Of a stretch of DNA of 51,285 nucleotides, positions 9,267-19,833 are shown in pieces. Made by a program: the position numbers and the translations under genes. Every line of letters begins with the position of its first letter. The first letter of the stretch is position 1. This stretch comes from a virus (taxonomy: Duplodnaviria; Caudoviricetes), in the IMG/VR virus record IMGVR_UViG_3300022841_000021, positions 1 through 51,285 of that record. The stretch is one strand, 5' to 3'. Below the pieces are notes generated by a model, which worked only from the letters and a program-made list of their open reading frames with translations, had not been told where the DNA came from and searched no databases.

Positions 9267-12200
9267 ATGGCAGGTCAAGTTGATGTTATAATTTCAGAGA
9301 AAGCAAGAAGAGAGATAGCTGATGCTACTGTTAGATTAGAGACTTTGCATAGAAAAATACTACAAGTAAATAAGGCAGGTGCTAAAGGAGGTTCGTTGGG
9401 CGTTGGAGGCAACCAGGCTTCAAGTGCTCAATTAGCTAGTTTAAATAAATTAGTTTCAGCAAACAATAGGTTGGCTTCAGCTTCAAATAAAAGCTTATCA
9501 GCGATAAATAGAAACACTGAAGCAACAAGGATTAATACTAGAGAGAATAAAAAGTCTCTAGGAGTTATGAAGGCGTTAAGGGGTGCCGCAGGTGCTTTAG
9601 GATTGGCTTTTGTAGCAATGAAGGTAGCTCAGTTCGGTAAACATATATTTGAACTAGCAAAGACTTTCGATTCACTTAGGTTCGCATTAGAAAGAACTTC
9701 AAAGAACCTTAATGAAGCAGGAATGACTATGAGGTTTATGTTAAAGACATCTTCCGACTTAGGTTTAAACCTGGTAGCTACAACAACAAGATTTATAAAA
9801 TTCGCAGCAGCTGCACGTCAATCTGGTGTTGCAATGAAAGATACTCAGAAGATATTTAAAACAATGGCAACCGCTGGTGCTGTTCTTGGTTTACGTACTG
9901 ATGAGCTAGGTGGTATATTTTTAGCTTTAGAGCAAATGCTTTCTAAAGGAAAGGTAACTACAGAGGAATTGAGAAGACAGTTAGGTGAAAGGCTACCAGG
10001 TGCTTTTGGTATAATGGCAGCTAGTTTAGGGGTTACTCTTCCAAAGCTAGATGAAATGTTAAAAAAAGGAGAGTTACTTTCGGCTGAAGTTTTACCAGGA
10101 TTTGCTGATGCGGTTGAGGTTGCTTTCGGGCTAGATACTGTTGATAAAGTAGAAACTCTTACTGCTGCTCAAAACAGAATGACTACTTCTTGGCAAAACT
10201 TTGTTAAGAATGTAACTGAGTCTGACGGTATTCTTTCTAAAACTTTTAAATTTTTCCTAGACCAAGCTACTCAGGCAATAAACGAGTGGAACGAACTTTT
10301 AAACAATCAAGCCTATATGGACAATAAAAGATTGTCTGCTGGGTTTGACAACGAAACTCAAATAATAAAGTTTCAAGCTAAAAAGAAATTAGAAGATACT
10401 AGAAAAGAGGGTCAAAAACTAGAGGACTTAAATATAAAAATAATAGAATCTAAAGCACTTTTAGAATCTAACGTAAACAATAAGTTAGCTGAAAAAGAGC
10501 TAAGTGACGCAGTATCAGCTAAGCTAGAGTACAATAAAATTTTAGGGGAGTTAGAACAACAAGGTGCTTCTGAAAGATTTAACGCAAGTTTTTCTGCGGT
10601 TGTTGCGGGTCAAAAGCTACTAGACGATGCAAATAAGCGTTTAGAAGGTATAGGGAAAACAAAATCAAAAACAACAGACTCAGAAGGAAACTTCTTTTTT
10701 ACTTACAATAAAAAACAGCAAGCCTCAGCGGATGAAGCTAAGGAAATGATAGAAGACGCTAGGCGTGATTTACAGATACTACAAGGAGCGTTAAATGCTA
10801 CAAGATTATTGGCTGAGAAATCAAAACCAGCCTCTAGCAAGGAAGATGATAAGGGAAAAGGTCAAAAAAACTTAAACGATATAAAAGACCTCGAAAAGAA
10901 GATACAAATAGAAAGGTTACGAAACCAGTTAGAGTACAACAAGGAGGCTATTGGTTTAGAAAGGTACGGGAGCGAACAGAGGTTATTTTTATTAAAGAAA
11001 AACGCAGAGCACTTAGAAAGCATAGCTAGATTAGAATTAGAAGACTCTATTCAAAACGACAAACAAAAAAGAGACTCAAAAATAGAAGCAATTAAAAAAT
11101 CAATAATAGATAAAACATTAGGAGAAAAGAAGGGGAACGACCAGATAACTTTACTGAACAAAGAGTTTACACAAAAGGAAAAACTAGCAACTTTAAAGCA
11201 TGACGGTGAGTTAATAAAAATACAAGAAGACCTAGACTCTGAAATAGAAAGCGAAAGAAAGGACGGCATAAAGAGGAGGCTTCAAACGGTTCAAGCTGGT
11301 TTTGATAAAGAAGAGACTGCTGCAAATGATTTGTTTAAAGCTAGTCAAAAAACCACAAAAGATAGGGAGTTACTAGAAAAAACTCTAACAGATATTGCGT
11401 TCAGGTCTTCAAATGCTAGGATAGATATATTAATAGAGGAGCAGAAGAAACTTTTAGAAGTTGACGGTTTATCTGAAGAGTATATACTTAAAATAAAAGC
11501 CATAATTGCAAAGCTAGACGCTAGCAGGGGGGTACCTGGTTCTAAAAAAATAGACAAAACAGCTCAAGAGCAGTTTGAATCTGATATGGGTTATGTTAAA
11601 GATTTTTCAGATGCTATAGGTAGTATAGGAGACGCTATATTTGATTCAAAGATTGCTAGGATTGACGCAGAGATTCAAGCAGAACAGGACAAGTACGCTT
11701 TACTATTTGCGTTTGCGGAAGGTGACGCAGAGGCTCAGAGGTTATTAGCTATTCAACAAGAAGAGGATATGCAAAGGCTAGAGGCTAAGAAAAGAAAAAT
11801 GCAAAGAAAACAAGCTGTATTTAATAAAGCTCAAGCTTTGGTTGATATCGCAATAAACACAGCGGTAGCTATTTCTAGGATTGTAGCCGAGGGTGGTTTG
11901 TTTTTAGGTTTACCTTTGGTACCGGTTATTGCTACCCTAGGTGCTCTACAAGCCGCAGCTGTACTTGCTCAACCTTTACCTGCTTTTGCTGAAGGTGGTG
12001 TGATGGGTCACGATGGACCAGCATTGGTTGGGGATGGTGGTAAGCAAGAAGTTATACGAACTCCTGACGGAAAAGTGTCTTTAACACCCGCTACTGATAC
12101 AGTTATGAATTTACAAAAAGGTACTGAAATATTTTCATCCGTAGAAAAGTTTAATCAACAAAACCCTAGCGACATGAGTAGTATGTTACACTCCGCTTCC

Positions 12201-12395
12201 TTGTTATCTAGTATTAGTTTAAATCAAAAGAATATTGAGGGAATGTTATCTAGCAAACAAGAATTAGACGAAAGACTTTTGGATGCTATGATTTTAAATA
12301 CAAAGGCGGTTAAAAACTCAAGGTCTAATACTTACGTTAAAACTCAAAAAATCGATATACCACACGAGGTTTGGAAATCTAAATTATTAAATTAA
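9267..12395 (+). CDS. Tape measure protein (module A)
   Basis: 1042 aa, helical; QMLSKGKVTTEELRRQLGERLPGAF motif; C-terminal FAEGG...VGDGG..E. Confidence 0.93.
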   Translation: MAGQVDVIISEKARREIADATVRLETLHRKILQVNKAGAKGGSLGVGGNQASSAQLASLNKLVSANNRLASASNKSLSAINRNTEATRINTRENKKSLGVMKALRGAAGALGLAFVAMKVAQFGKHIFELAKTFDSLRFALERTSKNLNEAGMTMRFMLKTSSDLGLNLVATTTRFIKFAAAARQSGVAMKDTQKIFKTMATAGAVLGLRTDELGGIFLALEQMLSKGKVTTEELRRQLGERLPGAFGIMAASLGVTLPKLDEMLKKGELLSAEVLPGFADAVEVAFGLDTVDKVETLTAAQNRMTTSWQNFVKNVTESDGILSKTFKFFLDQATQAINEWNELLNNQAYMDNKRLSAGFDNETQIIKFQAKKKLEDTRKEGQKLEDLNIKIIESKALLESNVNNKLAEKELSDAVSAKLEYNKILGELEQQGASERFNASFSAVVAGQKLLDDANKRLEGIGKTKSKTTDSEGNFFFTYNKKQQASADEAKEMIEDARRDLQILQGALNATRLLAEKSKPASSKEDDKGKGQKNLNDIKDLEKKIQIERLRNQLEYNKEAIGLERYGSEQRLFLLKKNAEHLESIARLELEDSIQNDKQKRDSKIEAIKKSIIDKTLGEKKGNDQITLLNKEFTQKEKLATLKHDGELIKIQEDLDSEIESERKDGIKRRLQTVQAGFDKEETAANDLFKASQKTTKDRELLEKTLTDIAFRSSNARIDILIEEQKKLLEVDGLSEEYILKIKAIIAKLDASRGVPGSKKIDKTAQEQFESDMGYVKDFSDAIGSIGDAIFDSKIARIDAEIQAEQDKYALLFAFAEGDAEAQRLLAIQQEEDMQRLEAKKRKMQRKQAVFNKAQALVDIAINTAVAISRIVAEGGLFLGLPLVPVIATLGALQAAAVLAQPLPAFAEGGVMGHDGPALVGDGGKQEVIRTPDGKVSLTPATDTVMNLQKGTEIFSSVEKFNQQNPSDMSSMLHSASLLSSISLNQKNIEGMLSSKQELDERLLDAMILNTKAVKNSRSNTYVKTQKIDIPHEVWKSKLLN

Positions 12396-14668
12396 TGAGC
12401 AGAATAAATCCAATATATTCAGATAGGATAAGATACAAGTTAAATCACAATCCAACGGGTGAGCAGCTAATTCAAGAGCCAAAAGGTTTTAAAGATGATG
12501 ATAATGAGTTTGTAAGAGATAAGGCTTTTAGGGGTATGTTTCTTCAAATGACAAACAACCTAACCTTCTACGGTGACGGTGCTGTTTTTATTGAGGATAT
12601 ATATTTAGAGTTTGGTATTAATGCTGAGTTGATTTTAACAAAAGAAGAAAGAAACCCTGTAACAGATGAGTGGGAGTTAGCCTATAGCGGTTACTTAGAT
12701 TTTTTTACGTACCAAAAAGAAGATTTTGGAATATCTATTAAATTTATTAGTAGCGGTCTTTTAAGGGTTATTAAGGCTAGGCAGAACGAAAAAATAGAGA
12801 TAGATAGACTAGATACCTTAAAAGGTCAAGAGGTAGCTTATTTAGAGCCAAAAACGGTTCTACTTGAGGGTAGAAATATATTTCTAAATACAAAGTTTAC
12901 AACAGATTCCAAGGATAGTGTTAGCACTGCTTTTGGAATGGCTAACTTTAAGGACGGAAACCTGAGAACTGGTAGTTTAGCAGTCCCTTTAACGAAGGTT
13001 TACGCTTCTGATATAAAGGCTCAAGGAGTTTCCAAAGACCTTAGTTTTACAACCTTCCCAGACCAAGGTACAGCTCAGACAATGTTTTATGCAGACAATG
13101 ATAGGGATAAGGATTTAAAGCTTAGTATTAAAACCAGTTTCACAACTGTTGAAAGAAAAATAGAGGATATTAACAACTCAACACTAAGGCTATTCTTAGT
13201 TGTATTTAGCGATAGTACGGAGTATGTATTAAAAGAAAGAATACCTTTATCTGTAAATATAATTAACAATAACTCAGTAATCGTACCAGATATTTCAGTA
13301 GATTATCAGAGCACGGTTAGACTACTTAAGGGAGAGAGCTTATCATTGCAATGGTACGCAAGTGCTAATTTTGGAGGTTTTTTAGACGCAGGAAGTATAG
13401 AGGTTAATTTTACTAATATAATTTCAGAGGTTTTAATAGATGAAAATAGTTCAGTCGTACCAAGTTTGAGTAAGGTTCATTTACCTTTTGAGGTAGCTAA
13501 TAGGTTTTTAAAATTATTCACAGGCAAAGACGACTTATTTAGAAGTAGTATCTTTGGGAGAAAAGACCTAGGCTATACTGAAGATGGCGAAGCTTCTCTT
13601 TTAGGTATGTCTCATGGGTTTTGGATAAGAGGGTTTAGTAAGGATGACCCATCTGAGGTTAATGAAGAAAATAGGTACAAATCATTAACAACCTCTTTTA
13701 AGGATATGTACGAGTCTTACTTTAGCACCTGGAACTTAGGAGCAGGTATTGAGTTAGAGGGGTTTAAGGAGGTGTTTAGAATTGAAAAATTAGATTTCTT
13801 TTTTAATAAAAATATATTAATTAGATTAGGTGAAAAGGTTAACGGAGTATTCGAGTACGTTCAGGTAAATAATGTTAAAAGAAGCCTTGATAAAGATGTT
13901 TTTAACTCAGGTATAGAGTTAGGTTACTCTAAGGGTGGTGATTACGAGGAAGCTGTTGGTCTTGATGAGTACAATACAAAGACAAGTTATACAACTATTA
14001 TAGATAAGGCAGAGACCACATACGAAGCAGTATCAAAGTATAGAGCTGACTCTTACGGTGCTGAATTTGCTAGGAGAAAATCTTACAATAACTTTCCTAC
14101 CGAAGACTCTAAATATGATAACTCTATTTGGTTATTTGATATGAAGAGAAACGCTTTAGATATTGAATTATCTACATTTAGAAACCCGTTAGAGCAAAGA
14201 TTATGGCAAGACGATTTCGAGGTAGCTCCTACAGGGGTATTTAGTCCAAATACTGCTCAGAATTTAAGACTATCTCCTTTTAATATATTACTTAGGCATG
14301 GTTTTCTTCTAGGAGCGGGTCTTGTAAAATACCCTTTAGATTTTATTAGATACGGTAGTTCGGTAGCTAATAGCGGTATGATTACTAAGTTAAAGGGCGG
14401 GTTGGAGTACGCTGAAAACGGTAATATTCAAAACAATAAATTAGAAAAAGCAAGAACAGATGGTGAGACAATAGAGTTTGAATTTAATGTTGACTACGAT
14501 TTATTGCAAAAAGTTAAAGGAAAAAGCGTAATTTTGGGGAAAGAGGTACAAAACTTTTATGGACTTGTATCTTTTAAGAATGAAAACGGTGAAATTGAAG
14601 AAGGCTACTTAGAGAAGCTATCACCAAACGGAGTTGGTAAGTGGACTTTAAGGAAATTTAATACATAA
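12395..14668 (+). CDS. Tail tip/structural protein
   Basis: Large beta-rich ORF directly after tape measure. Confidence 0.65.
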   Translation: MSRINPIYSDRIRYKLNHNPTGEQLIQEPKGFKDDDNEFVRDKAFRGMFLQMTNNLTFYGDGAVFIEDIYLEFGINAELILTKEERNPVTDEWELAYSGYLDFFTYQKEDFGISIKFISSGLLRVIKARQNEKIEIDRLDTLKGQEVAYLEPKTVLLEGRNIFLNTKFTTDSKDSVSTAFGMANFKDGNLRTGSLAVPLTKVYASDIKAQGVSKDLSFTTFPDQGTAQTMFYADNDRDKDLKLSIKTSFTTVERKIEDINNSTLRLFLVVFSDSTEYVLKERIPLSVNIINNNSVIVPDISVDYQSTVRLLKGESLSLQWYASANFGGFLDAGSIEVNFTNIISEVLIDENSSVVPSLSKVHLPFEVANRFLKLFTGKDDLFRSSIFGRKDLGYTEDGEASLLGMSHGFWIRGFSKDDPSEVNEENRYKSLTTSFKDMYESYFSTWNLGAGIELEGFKEVFRIEKLDFFFNKNILIRLGEKVNGVFEYVQVNNVKRSLDKDVFNSGIELGYSKGGDYEEAVGLDEYNTKTSYTTIIDKAETTYEAVSKYRADSYGAEFARRKSYNNFPTEDSKYDNSIWLFDMKRNALDIELSTFRNPLEQRLWQDDFEVAPTGVFSPNTAQNLRLSPFNILLRHGFLLGAGLVKYPLDFIRYGSSVANSGMITKLKGGLEYAENGNIQNNKLEKARTDGETIEFEFNVDYDLLQKVKGKSVILGKEVQNFYGLVSFKNENGEIEEGYLEKLSPNGVGKWTLRKFNT

Positions 14669-14671
14669 TAT

Positions 14672-16714
14672 ATGTCAAGTAAAATAACAATCTCGCTAAA
14701 TACATTACCTTACGAAAGTTACTTTGTTGAATTAAATAGTTCTTATCAAAATGGATTAAAAGAGACTTTTGAGATTAGAAGATTTGCCTCTTACGAATCA
14801 ACTATAGGTCAAGACAAGCAAATGACATTGTTGAGCTTGCGAAATTCTTTAGTAGCTGATTACAATGCTTCAGGAGTTTTTATAATAGAAATAGATGAAC
14901 TATATACCGAACTATCAATAACACATCCTACTACTGATTTTTTTGAAGAATCAAGGTTTTTTCAGTCAGGGAGTTTAGTAAATAAAACAATAGTAAATAC
15001 TCAAGAAGACCCGTCGATAGTGGTATCTGATTTAATATATAAAGAGGCGGATACGCTTCCTTGTAAGAATATTTTGATAGAAGCAGATACAAACGTATTG
15101 GCTACTGAGTATAAAATAAATGACGGTTCTTTTGTTTCAAATACAGAAAACCCTCTTTCATTTGAACACATTAGAGGTTCGGTTATTTTTTTAACCGTAA
15201 AAGATAATGAAGGCAATGAGGATAGTATAATAAGAAGGGCACCTTATTCTTTGGTTTCTAGTAATATAGAAGTGACTTACGTAAATTCACCACAGGGTGC
15301 TACCGTTACAATAACTGTATCTGATAGTGAAGGTCTTGACATAGAGTACTCTTTAGATAATATAACTTACAAAGAATCTAATACTTATTCAGGATTATTT
15401 GAAGGAGACTATACGGTTTACGTAAGAGACCAACTAGGGTGCGAAGAAAGTAAGGAGTTTACTATTGAATCTTTTGAAGATATCGGTGTAGGAGAAAGAG
15501 TACCTTACTCAGACCTACCAAGCAAGTCCAACTCTATTAGATACTCAAAAATAGTAGATACAACTGATTGTTCAAATTATAAGAACGAAGAAAATACTTT
15601 AACAAGTGATATACCATACGTAGAAAACGCCTGTAGTTATTCTCAATTATTTCAAAGCTGTGATATTATAACTACGCAGTTTAAAACAAACTACCGTGTT
15701 AATAAAGCAACGGTAATTTATATATCAAATACACCTGGACCTACAAAAGGAACTACAATATTTGTAGACCAGCCAGTTGTTCAAAAATCAAACAATACTG
15801 ACTTAAAGGACAGTAGAGACGGTATTATATATAATTTAGAAGGAGCAGGTCAGCAATCAGGTATTTACTTTACAAATGGAAAAACATACAATTACGATAC
15901 GGGAGAGGAGACGGGGGATTACTCTCTTAACGGAAATCTTCCTTCATGGGGTACAATAGGTAATTTCTTATTTTATAATAACGCTTGGTTTGAGATTCTA
16001 AATATAGTTTATGATGATTCTAAATCAGCATACGTATTGGTTATTAATTTAGTTTATACCAATGAAGAAGCGGTTGTAAAACTAAGTAGTATATATAATG
16101 TAGAAAAATACAATATATTTGAATTTGATATCGATATGAGTTTATTTAACGATAAACAAATTCAGGTAAATATAACACAGACGGACGAAAACCTTTCTTT
16201 TGAAGACGAGGTATATTTAAGTGAGATAATAGACATTGCAACCGTTCAAAAAGGAACTATATTAATAGAGTACTACAACGATACGAACACAGATATATTC
16301 TACGCAACAGGTATTATAAATAAAATAAGGATGCCTATAGAGTATCTGGGTGGGGGTTATAGTGATTCTACTGAATCCGAGAAAACGGATTCTAATACTT
16401 ACTTGATAAACGCGGAAGCTTACGAGAATGATACTATATTCTTTAAGTTAATGCCGAAACAGATTATGAGAAAAGTATTTCAAGCCTTGGCTCATAAATT
16501 TGTATTCTTAAACGAAGTACAATATATTAAAGAAGATTCTCCTGAAATAAACCACCTAGTAGGAACTAATTTATATAGGTTGAGTGCTTTAATGACAAAA
16601 GCTAACGCAGTATATACTTCTAAGGGATTAGTACAAGGATTTATTCCTGGTCCGTTCGAAGCACCAGCTTTACTTAATAATGAATCAAACGGTTATATAA
16701 AAATTAAACAATAA
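14672..16714 (+). CDS. Tail tip protein with SprB-like repeat
   Basis: EYSLDNITYKESNTYSGLFEGDYTVYVRDQLGC; position. Confidence 0.6.
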   Translation: MSSKITISLNTLPYESYFVELNSSYQNGLKETFEIRRFASYESTIGQDKQMTLLSLRNSLVADYNASGVFIIEIDELYTELSITHPTTDFFEESRFFQSGSLVNKTIVNTQEDPSIVVSDLIYKEADTLPCKNILIEADTNVLATEYKINDGSFVSNTENPLSFEHIRGSVIFLTVKDNEGNEDSIIRRAPYSLVSSNIEVTYVNSPQGATVTITVSDSEGLDIEYSLDNITYKESNTYSGLFEGDYTVYVRDQLGCEESKEFTIESFEDIGVGERVPYSDLPSKSNSIRYSKIVDTTDCSNYKNEENTLTSDIPYVENACSYSQLFQSCDIITTQFKTNYRVNKATVIYISNTPGPTKGTTIFVDQPVVQKSNNTDLKDSRDGIIYNLEGAGQQSGIYFTNGKTYNYDTGEETGDYSLNGNLPSWGTIGNFLFYNNAWFEILNIVYDDSKSAYVLVINLVYTNEEAVVKLSSIYNVEKYNIFEFDIDMSLFNDKQIQVNITQTDENLSFEDEVYLSEIIDIATVQKGTILIEYYNDTNTDIFYATGIINKIRMPIEYLGGGYSDSTESEKTDSNTYLINAEAYENDTIFFKLMPKQIMRKVFQALAHKFVFLNEVQYIKEDSPEINHLVGTNLYRLSALMTKANAVYTSKGLVQGFIPGPFEAPALLNNESNGYIKIKQ

Positions 16715-16720
16715 TTTATA

Positions 16721-19627
16721 ATGAGCAACATAGAACAAACGGTCGCAGCACATTCGAAATGGATTAACTCAGTTATTGAAAATAGTAAGCTACCTTCTGA
16801 GTTGGTTGAGACATTGGATTTAACAGCCTCTACCGAGGTCTCTATAGTTCAAGAAGGAGACCAGGATACCAAGAAAGTTAAAATACCATTGCTTAGAGGT
16901 TTTAAAGGCAATTGGAACTCTACGACAAACTCACCTGAGTTGGTAGACGGAGTTGGTCTACCTGGGGACGTATATACCCTTACTAGCGATTCTACAAGAA
17001 ATCTAGGTAGCGGTAATATAATCTATTTAATAAACGATTTAATTTACTACAACGGCTCTATATGGGTTAAGCTAACTCAATCTCAGATATCTGAAATAGT
17101 AGGTCTTCAAACCGCTTTAGACACTCTTCAGGAAAATATTGACGCAGAAGCTATTACTAGAGGTGACGCAGATACAACTTTACAAAATAACATAAGCACA
17201 GAGGCAACCGCAAGAGCAAGTGCAGATACAACTTTACAAAACAATATAGATTTAAAAGTAGATATTTCAAGTATTGTTGACAACGTAACTGCTGGGGGTG
17301 TAAGCGTTCCTTTATCAGCAGAGCAAGGAAAGATACTAAAAGCAGAAATACTAGCCTTAGCGGGTTCTTTAATACCGCAAGGCAATTGGGATGCAAGTAC
17401 TAATACTCCCGACATTTCAGGAACTACAGAAACAGGTTATTTTTGGATAGTATCGGTTGAAGGTGCTACCGATATTGGTGGAATTACTGATTGGAAAGTA
17501 AATGATTGGGCGATAAAAACCGCAGACGGTTGGGCAAAAATAGATAACACAGATAAAGTTTTAAGCGTAGCTGGTAAGATTGGCGAGGTTGTTTTAGCTA
17601 AAGCAGATGTAGGATTGTCTAATGTAGATAATACAACGGATGCAAATAAACCGATTTCAACCGCACAACAAACTGCCTTAGACTTAAAAGCGAATAAAGC
17701 TTCACCAAGTTTTACAGGAAATGCCAATTTTGCGGGTCTTGTTACAATAAATAATAGACTTGATTTAAACGATGCCTTAAATAATACTTTTATAGGTAGT
17801 AGTGTTGGAGAAAATAACACAACGGGAAGTTCCAACGCAGCTTTAGGCTACCTAAGTTTACAAAATAATACAACTGGAAGTGGAAACGTAGCTTTAGGTT
17901 TCCTAAATTTACAAAATAATACAACGGGAAATAGAAACGTAGCTTTAGGTTTCCAAAGTTTACAAAATAACACAACGGGAAATTCCAACGTAGCTTTAGG
18001 TTACCTAAATTTATATGAAAATACAACGGGAAGTTACAATGTAGCTTTAGGCTACCTAAGTTTACAAAATAACACAACGGGAGGTTCCAACGTAGCTTTA
18101 GGTCTTCAATCGGGTAGATATATAGCAGACGGAAATACTTCAAACGAAACAGGTTCAGAATCTATTTTTATAGGTAGAGATACTAGGGCAAACGCAGACG
18201 GAGAAACAAACCAAATTGTAATCGGAGTTAACGCTATCGGAAACGGTTCTAATACAGTTACTTTAGGAAATTCAAGTATTACAGATAATTACTTTCAAGG
18301 TAACTTAAGAGCTAGTAATTTTATAGGAGACGGTTCTGCTTTGACAAATATGCCTGTAAGTTCTGCACAACAAACCGCCTTAGATTTAAAAGCAAATAAG
18401 GCTTCACCAAGTTTTACAGGGGATGCTACGTTTGGGGGTGCTTTAACAGTAGGTCGTACGTCTGGTTATGGAAATTCAAGAATACAGTCTTTTATAGCTA
18501 CTACTGCAAACTTTGCTACATCTAATTTCCTTGCAGGAGATTCGGCAAATATGGCAGAAGGAGTTGGAGGAGAAATATCTTTTCTAGGTAAGTACGCGAC
18601 AGGTAATGATGATTTAGCTTTTTACGGTGGAATAAAAGGGTTTAAAGAAAACGCTACGGATAATAATACGGCTTGTGCGTTAGGTTTTTATACAAGACAA
18701 AATGCAACGGCACCAACAGAAAGAATGCGTATCAAAGCAAACGGAGATTTCGACTTTAAGTCAGGCAATGCCACGTTTGGGGGAAATGTAATTTTAGATG
18801 ATTCGAGAATTTATTCGGGTTCCTCAAATCAAAGGATAATACTTTCAGGTTCTAATTCAACTTCTTCAACTACTTACCAAGTAATTGAAGGCTATGACTT
18901 TGGTGGTACTGGTTTAGGAGGGGATTATTACGTAGTAATAAATAAAGACGGAACAACACCTACTAACGTTTTTAATATTGATGGAAAAACAGGAAACGCC
19001 ACTTTTGGGGGTAGTGTATTAATTAATCAAACAAGTTCCGTTTATAGTTTTGAGTTATTTCAAACAGGCACCGCTGCAACAAGTTACAATGCTTTAAGAA
19101 TAAGGGGTAACCATACGGATGCTGTTGGGATTATCGGAACTGGGGGTTCTTCAACTGGTAATACTGCGTTTAGAGATAAATTTGTTATTGGTACTCAAAC
19201 AGCACACTCAACTTCATTAGCAACAAGTGATACGGCTAGATATACTATTGATTCAAGCGGAAACCACGACTTTAAATCAGGCAACGCCACTTTTGGGGGT
19301 AATGTAACCGCTTCAAGTTTTGTAGGTACCATACAAGAAAATTTTACCTATTTAGATGCTAATTATACTTTATTAGATAGTGATTACAATTTGCACTCAA
19401 TAAAAACTAATGGAGAATTAACTGTTATCGTACCGTTAGGTTTAGGAATAAATCAGTCTTGGAATTTCAGTAGCGCACTTTTTAATATAAATCTTACACA
19501 TCCATCGGGTGTAACTATAACGACAATTCCTAACGGAAATGCTAACAACCTAAAATGCGAGGGATTGACTAGCGCTAGACTTGTAGCAACTTCAACGGCA
19601 AATGAATATCTATTTATAAAAGGATAA
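16721..19627 (+). CDS. Mosaic tail fibre / receptor-binding protein
   Basis: GNW repeats, KADVGLSNVDNT motif, 17-aa beta-roll repeats, GNATFGG linkers; last tail gene. Confidence 0.88.
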   Translation: MSNIEQTVAAHSKWINSVIENSKLPSELVETLDLTASTEVSIVQEGDQDTKKVKIPLLRGFKGNWNSTTNSPELVDGVGLPGDVYTLTSDSTRNLGSGNIIYLINDLIYYNGSIWVKLTQSQISEIVGLQTALDTLQENIDAEAITRGDADTTLQNNISTEATARASADTTLQNNIDLKVDISSIVDNVTAGGVSVPLSAEQGKILKAEILALAGSLIPQGNWDASTNTPDISGTTETGYFWIVSVEGATDIGGITDWKVNDWAIKTADGWAKIDNTDKVLSVAGKIGEVVLAKADVGLSNVDNTTDANKPISTAQQTALDLKANKASPSFTGNANFAGLVTINNRLDLNDALNNTFIGSSVGENNTTGSSNAALGYLSLQNNTTGSGNVALGFLNLQNNTTGNRNVALGFQSLQNNTTGNSNVALGYLNLYENTTGSYNVALGYLSLQNNTTGGSNVALGLQSGRYIADGNTSNETGSESIFIGRDTRANADGETNQIVIGVNAIGNGSNTVTLGNSSITDNYFQGNLRASNFIGDGSALTNMPVSSAQQTALDLKANKASPSFTGDATFGGALTVGRTSGYGNSRIQSFIATTANFATSNFLAGDSANMAEGVGGEISFLGKYATGNDDLAFYGGIKGFKENATDNNTACALGFYTRQNATAPTERMRIKANGDFDFKSGNATFGGNVILDDSRIYSGSSNQRIILSGSNSTSSTTYQVIEGYDFGGTGLGGDYYVVINKDGTTPTNVFNIDGKTGNATFGGSVLINQTSSVYSFELFQTGTAATSYNALRIRGNHTDAVGIIGTGGSSTGNTAFRDKFVIGTQTAHSTSLATSDTARYTIDSSGNHDFKSGNATFGGNVTASSFVGTIQENFTYLDANYTLLDSDYNLHSIKTNGELTVIVPLGLGINQSWNFSSALFNINLTHPSGVTITTIPNGNANNLKCEGLTSARLVATSTANEYLFIKG
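17174..17897 (+). repeat. 724-bp direct repeat, copy 1 (copy 2 at 50562-51285)
   Basis: Gap-free alignment at offset 33,388; last 127 nt identical. Confidence 0.97.
17811..18103 (+). repeat. About six 51-bp coding tandem repeats (NNTTGxxNVALGxxxLQ)
   Basis: Direct inspection of DNA and protein. Confidence 0.95.
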
Positions 19628-19659
19628 TTAATATAAAAGTTTTCTATAAGAAAACTAAT

Positions 19660-19759
19660 ATAGTAACAAATAGTTATAACAATAAGTAAATATAATATAA
19701 AAAAAATTATAAAAAATTGGAAAACGTCTTTAATGGGATTGGTAATAATCTTTACATAA
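19660..19759 (+). pseudogene. Degenerate duplicate of the holin upstream region and 5' end
   Basis: 39 nt identical to 19797-19835; ATG changed to ATA; KNWKTSLMGLVII then a stop. Confidence 0.75.
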
Positions 19760-19833
19760 GGAACGCAATAGGATAAGAAAATTAAAAAACCTTTACATAG
19801 TAACAAATAGTTATAACAATAAGTAAATATAAT

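Larger units (their letters stand above)
1..19627 (+). mobile_element. Phage module A: late-early genes plus HK97-type head and siphovirus tail operon
   Basis: Collinear portal-protease-capsid-adaptor-tail tube-tape measure-tail tip-fibre order on the + strand. Confidence 0.9.

Noticed and set aside
14672-15000. Shared N-terminal domain between 14672..16714 and 47670..49790 (ETF...DYNA)
   Set aside because: Too few matching residues to claim homology without a profile comparison
17811-18103. CRISPR-like array
   Set aside because: The 51-bp units are contiguous in-frame coding repeats with no unique spacers and no cas genes
17128-18143. Minus-strand ORFs over the fibre (and equivalents at 50351-51223, 45626-46009, 47252-47620, 43278-43718)
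   Set aside because: Antisense shadows of real + strand genes with no motifs or expression signals
16721-19627. Invertase-driven fibre shufflon
   Set aside because: All linkers are direct repeats; there are no inverted alternative C-termini and no adjacent invertase
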